Source: Candidatus Latescibacterota bacterium
Lineage (GTDB): Bacteria > Latescibacterota > UBA2968 > UBA8231
Length of the DNA stretch: 64,000 nt
Direction: 5' to 3'
Assembly: GCA_963422735.1 (NCBI GenBank)
Contig: OY730476.1
Location: 224,001 to 288,000, forward strand
Below the pieces are notes generated by a model. That model did no database searches and was not told the DNA's origin. It saw only the letters and a program-made list of their open reading frames with translations. The first letter of the stretch is position 1, and each line of letters starts with the position of its first letter. This document shows, in pieces, positions 19,413 through 27,579 of this stretch. The position numbers were made by a program, and so were the translations under genes.

Positions 19413-19581
19413 GGTCTATCGGTTAGGAGTGGGTTGGCACTGCCGGAATAGCTCTTTACGAGAGTGCGCGTTTTTTGGTGTCGCCTCTGATCCGCGATCC
19501 CAGTTGAGACCCTACTGTCGTGTGCTTAGATCAACAGCTTCTAAAGCATCTTATATCCCAAACCTAAAGGCTATGAAATAA

Positions 19582-19801
19582 CTGATGTTACGCAGCCTTA
19601 TCGTCCGCGACTTCCTGCCGCCCACTCCTTGTCATTCTCGCATACGCGGGAATCCAGCCCCGCGCACGATGCGGACTTCGGCGCACTCAGTCAAGTCGCT
19701 CAGCCGAACCGCCGAGGATTATAATCTGGATGCCTGCGTAAGCAGGCATGACACGACTGAGCGGACATAGACCAAGAGATCGCAAGGCTGCGTAACATCA
19801 G
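19582..19801. mobile_element. 220-bp MITE with 18-bp terminal inverted repeats and 8-bp target duplication
   Basis: CTGATGTTACGCAGCCTT...AAGGCTGCGTAACATCAG; TGAAATAA at 19574-19581 and 19802-19809. Confidence 0.9.
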
Positions 19802-19807
19802 TGAAAT

Positions 19808-19846
19808 AAAAAACCGCCATACCAGGTCGGAAGCCCGGCATGGCGG
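19808..19846 (-). terminator. Rho-independent terminator
   Basis: Minus strand CCGCCATGCCGGGC-TTCC-GACCTGGTATGGCGG-TTTTTT, just after the stop at 19872. Confidence 0.75.
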
Positions 19847-19871
19847 CACTCAGGCTACGCGCCTGAAACCA

Positions 19872-20750
19872 CTACTCGGCAAACGTGGATTTGAGCCGGC
19901 CCCAGCCAACTTCCTCTACGGCTGTGGGTTCGGCTGTGGCTTGGGAACCCCAATCGATGTCCGGGTCGATGGGAGCCAGCAGAAAGTCGGAGAGCAAATC
20001 GCCCTGGAAGTAGCTATCCGTGGCCCCGCTCAGGGTCCAGTAGCCTTCATAGCCGCCGCTCTCCAGATCGTCGTCGTCGATGATCGTGAAGTGGAAACCA
20101 ATGATATTGCCCTCTACCAGCGTACCAATCGTGCTCTGGTCAATTCCGTTCCAGTTCAAGTTGTCGAAGGGGGTCAGCATGTACTCGGCCCGGAAGAAGC
20201 CCTCCCCGCCTTCCTCAGCTGTCTGGGTAGAGGCGAACTGCCCGTAGGGCGGCTCGGTGATCCACTGGGCTTTGCCCCAGTGATTGAGGCCCGGGCCACC
20301 TTGGTTGAAACCGTAGTTCTGAGCGTGGGCACCGTGCAGCAGATCCTTCTGATCTTGGTCCTCCACATCGGGCCACACATTGAACATACCGCCGCTGTGG
20401 TCCGCGTCGAAAACCATCTCCATAGGCTCCCAGCCGGTGATGACCCAGATGGCGTCGTCGAACCGATCCTCCATGACGTAGAGCTTATTGGTGTTGGGGT
20501 TCCAGCCGACGATGGCCCGCAGGGCTAAGTCGGTGGCGTCCCACGCGGTGCCTACGCCTCTCACGGTCTCGGTTAGCTGCTCGTGGTTGATCCAGTAGCC
20601 ATCGGGAATGACGTCCCACTCGGCGAGATTGCCGTCGATGGTGGGAATGTTGACATCTGGGAATTGCACGGCTGGGAACACCACATCTGCTGGCAGATGT
20701 GCCCAGCAGGGGGTGGCCACGAGGGCGAAAATCAGGGCGAGCTTTTTCAT
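19872..20750 (-). CDS. Secreted CBM9/DOMON-like protein with C-terminal TAVE..WG.LK tag
   Basis: Signal peptide; PTIDGNLAEW; GNIIGFHFTIIDDD; ends PTAVEEVGWGRLKSTFAE. Confidence 0.75.
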   Translation of the reverse strand: MKKLALIFALVATPCWAHLPADVVFPAVQFPDVNIPTIDGNLAEWDVIPDGYWINHEQLTETVRGVGTAWDATDLALRAIVGWNPNTNKLYVMEDRFDDAIWVITGWEPMEMVFDADHSGGMFNVWPDVEDQDQKDLLHGAHAQNYGFNQGGPGLNHWGKAQWITEPPYGQFASTQTAEEGGEGFFRAEYMLTPFDNLNWNGIDQSTIGTLVEGNIIGFHFTIIDDDDLESGGYEGYWTLSGATDSYFQGDLLSDFLLAPIDPDIDWGSQATAEPTAVEEVGWGRLKSTFAE

Positions 20751-20823
20751 TGCTTTACTCCATTTGGAAAGAGGTTGGAAAAACTCTAACTTCTCTGCAC
20801 GTGCTTTTACCGTTTCATCCTAC

Positions 20824-20853
20824 ATTGTACGGAATCTCCTTCTCATCTGTCAA
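20824..20853 (-). promoter_or_regulatory. Sigma70-type promoter
   Basis: TTGACA-N18-TACAAT about 75 bp upstream of the 20750 start. Confidence 0.7.
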
Positions 20854-20994
20854 AAAATAAAAACCTTATCTCTTCATACAATAGCAAAACCTCATCGATT
20901 GCGCCCTCGTCTTGCTTACAGGGTAAAAAAGGTAATTGAGCACCAAGAAAAGTAGGTACGCTATGCTTATGAGCGTAGGGCCTTTAGAGTATTG

Positions 20995-21961
20995 CTGGCC
21001 GGCCTATGCAATGCCGAGCTTGTAAGTTAAAATCGGCTGGGCCGCTTGGCTCGATTTCGCGTATGGCCAACGGAGTCACCGGTACGAGTACCAGAGCACC
21101 TTTGGCTTCGGCGGCAGCAACGGGCCTGTCCCGCACCGACCACTCGCGTCGATAGCCTACACGTACTCTGGCCCGGACAGCCCTCATAACGCTTCTTCGA
21201 CCTGTCCATCAACTGCAGTATCCGCGTCGTACGACGCGAGGTCATTACCGGATTCTCAGGAAGCCTCCTTCTACATAACCTCTCAAGATGATTTGACGAG
21301 CACTTTCTGTTTGTTGTACACGAAGGTCGTGCCCAGTCTGTGGGCACTGCCTTCGCGGCGGAACTTCGGCTAATTGTGGTCTCATAGTGCTTTGTAATCG
21401 TAGAGAGTGCGATGTAAAAGCTATCACAAGGGTCGGACCAAGAGTACTCGCTGGTGCTCTCACCGGGGGGCGAGATCTTGGCAGGACGGCAACGCCTCGG
21501 CTTGCGAGAGCGGGATCAGTGCCAACATGGTGGCACTCAACAGGCGTAGCATTATGTTGCAGCGTTCCACAATTGAATCTCCTCTTGAGATTTTGAGATA
21601 AGGTTATTGAAGGTTACTGAGTGAATGGGTAGAGCGGCTTCCTCCTTTCGCTATCTAACGCTCCCTCGATGACGGAAAGAGCAAACCGGTTGCCAGAATC
21701 CGGCTCTAGGCGATAAACTCTTCGTTTGGAGGCGGACCGGGCGGTATATCTAGCCTCTGGGCATATGTAGGACTGCTAGTATAACGGCTTCGCCGGGGAT
21801 ATAAGGCGACTTGAGAATGTTTGGGCACGGTCTCATCTTATTGTCGATACGATAGAATAGAGCTAAGGAACATCCAAGATGACCGCGATTGAGCACACAC
21901 CTGCGCGCCGATCACTACGCTGAGCAAGCCCACTTGTGCTGCGTGCGCCGCGGCGTCTCAA
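20995..21961 (+). ncRNA. Candidate large (~0.95 kb) highly structured ncRNA, family unknown; ends approximate
   Basis: No credible ORF; more than 15 helices found by eye, including long-range nested stems and pseudoknots; G-U pairs work on the + strand. Confidence 0.65.
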
Positions 21962-22033
21962 GCCGAGGGAGAAACGACTATGAGTGAGCCAATTACGCCG
22001 CCGCAGCCCACGACCGCTGTATAGAATGTTTAA

Positions 22034-23899
22034 ATGTCCGCTTTATGCATGTTGATATATGTTCCGCTCCTCGCTCTTGCCGGTGATGCGACAGAACTAG
22101 AAGACAGGTCGCTGGTCCAAGTGGGTACGGAGCTGATTACCGAGCGGGACTATCGCGGTTTTGTCGCCGGCCTGCCCGAGTGGACCAAGAGCGCGGCCAA
22201 GGGCAGCGACCAAGTGCGCGACTATCTGCAATCCCTCGTCGATCGCGTCCTCATCTTGCGCGCAGCACGGGCGCAGCAGTTGGAGCAAAACGCGGCCGTG
22301 CAAAAAAACATGGAAGCGACGCTGCGGCTGAAAGTGGGACAGGCGATGGAGCAGCGCTATATCCGGACTACCGTCTCAATCAGCGAAGAAGAGTTGCGGC
22401 GAGAATTCGCAGCGCAGCGGTGGGAGCGGCAGCTCAAGATCGCCCACATTTTCGTGCGGACGCAGGCGCGGGCCGAAACGGCCTTAGCGGCCCTGCGTAC
22501 GGGTCGGCCCTTTGCGGAGGTGGCACACGAGTTTTCGCAAAATCTCACCACCGCGGCGCACGGCGGGGAAAAGCCTTACTATTACGGCCGCCTCCATGCC
22601 ATCCCGGCCGTGCGCGATTCCTTGTTTAGCTTACCTAAGGGCGCAATCTCCGCGATCCTCCCAGTTCCCAAGGGGTATGAGATTTTCAAAATCCTCGATG
22701 AGCGCACAGCTTCCTATGAGCAAATGCGGCCACAAGTCCTCAAGGCCCTTATGAAAGAGCGGTTGCAGGCGCGGCGGCGGGCGTACATTGACTCGCTGGC
22801 CGAGCGGTTCCAATGGCGGGTGGTTGCGGAGGGCATGGAGCGGCTCGTGCGCATATTGCACAGCGGCGGGCAAGAGAGCGATAAGAAGGTATTCTACCTT
22901 TCGGAGGCAGACGCCGCATCCGCGCTGTACACGTATCGGGGCGGCGCGATCAGCTTGGGCGAAGCAGTGAGCCGCTCGCAGTTCATCCGCCAAGGACGCT
23001 ACGTGGACGACAGCCTGAAGGTGGCATACTACTTGGAGCGCGACGTGGAGGTGCCGCAGCTTCTTCTGATGCAAGGCCGCGCCTTGGGGATTGACCAGGA
23101 GCCTGCGATCGCCGACTGGCTCGCGCGCAAAAAGGAAGAAATCCTCATCCGCGAAATGCGGCGTCTCGCCACAGCTCACAAGAGGCCGGTGACCGAGCAA
23201 GAGATGCGCGCTCACTACGAGGCCCACCCGAGGAGTTACCAGACTTCGTCTATGGTAGAAGTCGTGGAAATACAGGTCAAAGAAGAGTCGCAAGCGCAGG
23301 AATTACTAGCCCTGATACGCGCCGACCGACAGCGGGCCGCGCCGCTAATCGCCCTCCTCGCCGAGATAGGAAAGGACGGGCGCGAGGTGAGCGCGTTGCA
23401 AGAACTCAACGATGAACTTGCGGTATATGGCTGGCTCAAGCGGCGTCTAAGCGATCCCCTAGGCGCGGCGCAAGTCGCCGCGGAGATTGCAAATGCGACC
23501 GAGCCGACAGCTCTCGCCGAGACCTACATCGTGCGCCAGCTCGCTGCCTTCTACAGCGTGCGCCACGGCAGCCGCGAGGCCGAGGGCCTCTACCAGCTCT
23601 ATTGGCACGAGACGCCGCGCTTTGGGGCGCTGATCCAAGCGGCCATGGAGGCCGAGGTCGGCGCGCTCATCGGCCCGGTAGAACACCACGGCCTGTACTC
23701 GATCGCCAAAATCGTGGGGCGCGGCGAATCGGGGCGGCGGCCCTTTGCGGAAGTGCAGAAACGCATTGAGCACACTTTGCGGCGCGAGCGCGAGCGCGAA
23801 TTGTTCGGACAGTGGCTGCAAGCGTTGCGCGCCGCCGCGGCGGACGAAGTGGTCTTCTTCGACGACAACATCAAAGCACTGGGGCAGGACGCGCCGTGA
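22034..23899 (+). CDS. PpiC/parvulin-type peptidyl-prolyl isomerase (SurA/PrsA-like foldase)
   Basis: KIAHIFV...FAEVAHEFSQ...HGG; second degenerate rotamase domain; RPFAEVQKRI. Confidence 0.8.
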   Translation: MSALCMLIYVPLLALAGDATELEDRSLVQVGTELITERDYRGFVAGLPEWTKSAAKGSDQVRDYLQSLVDRVLILRAARAQQLEQNAAVQKNMEATLRLKVGQAMEQRYIRTTVSISEEELRREFAAQRWERQLKIAHIFVRTQARAETALAALRTGRPFAEVAHEFSQNLTTAAHGGEKPYYYGRLHAIPAVRDSLFSLPKGAISAILPVPKGYEIFKILDERTASYEQMRPQVLKALMKERLQARRRAYIDSLAERFQWRVVAEGMERLVRILHSGGQESDKKVFYLSEADAASALYTYRGGAISLGEAVSRSQFIRQGRYVDDSLKVAYYLERDVEVPQLLLMQGRALGIDQEPAIADWLARKKEEILIREMRRLATAHKRPVTEQEMRAHYEAHPRSYQTSSMVEVVEIQVKEESQAQELLALIRADRQRAAPLIALLAEIGKDGREVSALQELNDELAVYGWLKRRLSDPLGAAQVAAEIANATEPTALAETYIVRQLAAFYSVRHGSREAEGLYQLYWHETPRFGALIQAAMEAEVGALIGPVEHHGLYSIAKIVGRGESGRRPFAEVQKRIEHTLRRERERELFGQWLQALRAAAADEVVFFDDNIKALGQDAP

Positions 23900-24774
23900 T
23901 CCAACGCGAACTCCGCAAGCTGATCGCGCCCCTGCTCGGGCCGGCGCTCGTGCTGCACATCGCGTTCTTTGTGCTGCCGGTGTGCAACGCCTTCTACTAT
24001 TCACTGACTTCTTGGTCGGGCGTAGCGCCGGAAAAGGAGTACATCGGCCTCGCCAATTTTGTGCGCGCCTTTGCCGATCACACCTTTCTCACAGCCTTAG
24101 AGAACGTCTTTTTGTTCGGCCTCCTCGGGTTCTTAGTCGTCTTTCCGCTGAGCCTGCTGTTCGCAGTGATTCTCTCCAAGAAGCCACCCTTTGCGGGCTT
24201 TCTAAAATTCGTCGTCTTTGCCCCCACCCTGCTCTCGGTCGTGGTCACCGCCGTGCTGTGGGGCAGCATCTACAACCCGGTCATCGGCCTGCTCAACGAA
24301 ACCCTGCGCAGCGTTGGGCTAGACGTGCTCACCCGGCCTTGGTTGGGCAGCCGCCACAGCGCCCTGCCGGCCATTGCCGTCGCCATGATCTGGCAGGGGC
24401 TGGGCACCTACGTGATCCTATTTTTGGCGGGCTTGCAAAAGATACCGCTCAGTTTTTACGAGTCCGCCGAGCTAGATGGAGCCAATGCTTGGCAGCAATT
24501 TTGGCACGTGACCTTGCCGCTGCTATGGGACGTCGTGCAGATCTTAGTGATTTTCTGGATCATCGGTGCCTTTCAGGCTTTTGCCCTCATCTTCGTCATC
24601 ACGCGCGGCTATCCCAACGTCATTGAGGTGCTGGGAACCTATATTTATTGGGCTGGCTTTCAGGGGCAAAGTATCGGCTATGCCTCGGCCATGGGGGTCG
24701 TCATGTTCTTCCTCGTATTGGCGTTTAGCCTCGCGGTCAATCGCCTGATGCGCCGCGAGAGCGTGGAATACTAA
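23896..24774 (+). CDS. Carbohydrate ABC transporter permease 1
   Basis: YIGLANF; LAGLQKIPLSFYESAELDGANAWQQFWHVTLP EAA loop; GTG overlaps the upstream TGA. Confidence 0.9.
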   Translation: MIQRELRKLIAPLLGPALVLHIAFFVLPVCNAFYYSLTSWSGVAPEKEYIGLANFVRAFADHTFLTALENVFLFGLLGFLVVFPLSLLFAVILSKKPPFAGFLKFVVFAPTLLSVVVTAVLWGSIYNPVIGLLNETLRSVGLDVLTRPWLGSRHSALPAIAVAMIWQGLGTYVILFLAGLQKIPLSFYESAELDGANAWQQFWHVTLPLLWDVVQILVIFWIIGAFQAFALIFVITRGYPNVIEVLGTYIYWAGFQGQSIGYASAMGVVMFFLVLAFSLAVNRLMRRESVEY

Positions 24775-24776
24775 AG

Positions 24777-25604
24777 ATGCGCCGCTGGGCCAAGCTGTTG
24801 GCCATCCTATTTATGGGGAGCTATTGCCTGAGTTCCCTGATCGCCCTCTTCTGGGTGACCTATACTTCCTTTAAGACGAATCCCGAGTTCTTCGCCAGCA
24901 CTTGGGCCTTGCCAGCCGAATTGCGCTGGAGCAACTACGCGTACGCTTGGGACAACGCCGAAATTGGCCGCTACTTTCTTAATACGGCTTACATCACCGC
25001 GCTCGCCACGAGTGGCACCTTAGCGGCGTCGGCTATGGCGGCGTATGTCCTATCGCGGGTGACCTTCTCGTTGCGGCGATTTACCTTCTATCTTTTCCTA
25101 TCGGCCATGATGGTGCCGCCCATGTTGTACCTCTTCCCGCTCTTTGTGCAGATGCGGCACTTGCACCTAACCAACAGCCACTTTGGCTTGATCGTGCTCT
25201 ACATCGCCACCGGGCTGCCCTTTTCGATCTTTGTCCTGACGGGTTTTTTCCGAACCCTGCCGACCGAAATGGAAGAGGCTGCGCTGATCGATGGGGCCTC
25301 GCCGTGGCGAACCTTCTGGACGATTGCGCTGCCCTTGGCCAAGCCCGGGTTAATCGCGGTTTCCATCTTCAACTGCATCAACTACTGGAACGAGTTTTTC
25401 TGGTCGCTCATCCTCCTCCGCACCGGCAAGCTCTACACGCTGGCTCGCGGCCTGCAAACCCTGTTCTGGAACATGTCAACCGAATCGCGCTGGACCGAGT
25501 TATTTGCCGGTCTGGTGATCGTCATGCTGCCTCTGATCGCAGTGTTCATCCTGTTGCAGAACCGCATAACAGAGGGCCTGACCGTCGGCGCATTAAAGGG
25601 CTAA
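24777..25604 (+). CDS. Carbohydrate ABC transporter permease 2
   Basis: FFRTLPTEMEEAALIDGAS; WNEF. Confidence 0.9.
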   Translation: MRRWAKLLAILFMGSYCLSSLIALFWVTYTSFKTNPEFFASTWALPAELRWSNYAYAWDNAEIGRYFLNTAYITALATSGTLAASAMAAYVLSRVTFSLRRFTFYLFLSAMMVPPMLYLFPLFVQMRHLHLTNSHFGLIVLYIATGLPFSIFVLTGFFRTLPTEMEEAALIDGASPWRTFWTIALPLAKPGLIAVSIFNCINYWNEFFWSLILLRTGKLYTLARGLQTLFWNMSTESRWTELFAGLVIVMLPLIAVFILLQNRITEGLTVGALKG

Positions 25605-25606
25605 TC

Positions 25607-26917
25607 GTGGAGCGCAGGGACTTTCTCAGATACGTGGCTGCTTCGGCCCTCGCCAGCGGGTGCGGCCGGTACCTGCCCGGGGAAAACGCGCTGGAGATCG
25701 CCAACCTCCAGCCGCCCGCCGCCCAAGTGCCGATCAACCAGCTCATCTGGCGGGCCGTGGAGCGCTTCCGCGAGACGCACCCGGAAGTTCAAGTCGAGCC
25801 GGCCAGCGGCGGCGGCGGCGGTTACCAAGAATTGATGATCCGCGTCATGGAGGGACACCCGCCGGACATCATGTCCTTTGCCACGGCCGAGACCGGCCTG
25901 ACCTACGCCTACGTCGAACAGGGGCATGTCCTCGATATGACGGAGTACCTCCAGCGGCCTTCTTGGGATACCCCAGGCAAGACTTGGTTGGAGACCATCG
26001 ATTCGCTCTACCGAGGGCCGCTGACGTACAAAGGTCGCTTTTACGCCATCCCCCAAAACGTGATTTCCCTCCAAGTGTATTGCAACGCCGAGCTATACCA
26101 ACGCGCCGGTGCCGACCTCAATCCGCAGACTTGGGACCAGTTTCTCGACAACTGCGAACGCCTCAAACGCGCCGGTATAATCCCCATTACCCAAGACGGC
26201 ATCCACTGGTACACGAGTTGGTGGTTCGACCACCTAGCCCAGCGCATCCTCGGCGCTGACAAGGTGCGCCAAGCCTTCCGCGACCCCCAGCGTCGGACCC
26301 CATGGACTGAGCCCGGGTTTCTCCAAGCCGCCCAGAGGGTCGAACAAATGCTGGACCGGGGGTACTTCGCGGAGGGGTTTGCCGGCCTCAATCACATCGA
26401 GTCCGAGCTTTTGTTCTGGCAGGGGCGAGCGGCGACCGTCTTTGTCGGCAGTTGGTTTACCAGCGGCCGAACCGCAGTAATGGGGAAGGATTTTTCTTTG
26501 TACGCCTTTCGCTTTCCCTCAGTCGAGGGCGGGCGCGGGAATCCGCACGACCTGATCGGCACAGTCAACACCCAGAGCATCCCCGCCCTGGCCCGCCAGC
26601 CCGAGCGGGCAGCGGAATTTCTGCGCTTGGTGAACAGCCGCTGGTTCCAGGAGCAGATGGTGCAACAGGCCCAGATGATCAGCCCGCTTGTTGGTATGCC
26701 GCTGCCCGGCATCCAACAAGGCTTAGATCAGATCCTCGATCAGACCGAGCGGTTCTACTCATTTTCCTTTGGCCTAGAAGGGGCGCACCCGTTCTTGTAC
26801 CGCCAATACTGGAACGAGTGGAACCAGTTCATGGTAGCGCGCGAGCTATCGGCCTCCCAGCTCGTGGAAAACCTCGAAAACATCTTTACTCGTTATTACG
26901 GTCACGTCGCAGCCTAG
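25607..26917 (+). CDS. Sugar ABC solute-binding lipoprotein with Tat signal
   Basis: GTG start, ERRDFL...LASGC; PPDI, YAIP, PQTWDQFL. Confidence 0.85.
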   Translation: MERRDFLRYVAASALASGCGRYLPGENALEIANLQPPAAQVPINQLIWRAVERFRETHPEVQVEPASGGGGGYQELMIRVMEGHPPDIMSFATAETGLTYAYVEQGHVLDMTEYLQRPSWDTPGKTWLETIDSLYRGPLTYKGRFYAIPQNVISLQVYCNAELYQRAGADLNPQTWDQFLDNCERLKRAGIIPITQDGIHWYTSWWFDHLAQRILGADKVRQAFRDPQRRTPWTEPGFLQAAQRVEQMLDRGYFAEGFAGLNHIESELLFWQGRAATVFVGSWFTSGRTAVMGKDFSLYAFRFPSVEGGRGNPHDLIGTVNTQSIPALARQPERAAEFLRLVNSRWFQEQMVQQAQMISPLVGMPLPGIQQGLDQILDQTERFYSFSFGLEGAHPFLYRQYWNEWNQFMVARELSASQLVENLENIFTRYYGHVAA

Positions 26918-27005
26918 CAGGCCACGCTGATAATGCGGTGCAGGTTTGTAGGATGATATTGACTCAGTTGACCATAGGAGGGATAATGGCATTTCTTATA
27001 TTCGA

Positions 27006-27290
27006 GGCTTTGGTGCATGGAACGGGGTTTTTGTGTTGCCCCGCCCGTGTGTGGTTTATGCTTTCTTGGTCGGCGTATAGGACTCGGGTTTGGCCAACCC
27101 TCGCATCCGGTTGAGCACGGCACAGCCGACCCGTGTTTGGGTCTGTTGGTCGGTCAGGGTTTGGGCGTGCAAGGTGTCGCCCAAGATATGTTTGTAGTGC
27201 CTCGCATCCTCTCGGCTGTTGATCGTCAAGGTCTGCGCGACGCGCTCGCCGGTGGCCTCATCAACGCCTACGTGCAACCCCCTAAAGAGT
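27006..27290 (-). mobile_element. IS5 family (IS903-like) transposase 3' remnant with one terminal inverted repeat
   Basis: YKHILGDTLHAQTLTDQQTQTRVGCAVLNRMRGLAKPES; GGCTTTGGTGCAT end at 27006. Confidence 0.75.
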
Positions 27291-27429
27291 GGAACGATGA
27301 GTACACAGGCTCAGGAGCACGTGCTGGCGCGAACTTTTCCAGTACCGCGTATGTGCATATATACAAGTGAGTCATCGATCAGTACAAGACTATGTACGAT
27401 TCCGTCACCGGCACCCTATGCGCGTTAGC

Positions 27430-27579
27430 ACCGCCTGTAATGTCCACGCGCTAGCGGGCGACTTGTGCGCCTTGGGTCAGGCTGGCTACGGCGTCTGCAG
27501 CGTGCAACCCGTAGATATGTTCCCCCAAACGCCGCACTGCGAGGTCGTCGTCGAGTTGTGCAAGCAGGTCGCCTCGTGA
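27430..27579 (+). pseudogene. rlmD: 3' fragment of RlmD/TrmA-family RNA m5U methyltransferase
   Basis: ACNVHALAGDLCALGQAGY..SVQPVDMFPQTPHCE; 5' part missing. Confidence 0.75.

Noticed and set aside
20995-21961. Group II or group I intron, RNase P, tmRNA, or the short ORFs listed in the track
   Set aside because: No domain V, P7, GAGGAAAGTCC or tRNA-like ends found by eye; no interrupted host gene; the short ORFs overlap on both strands with no recognisable motifs
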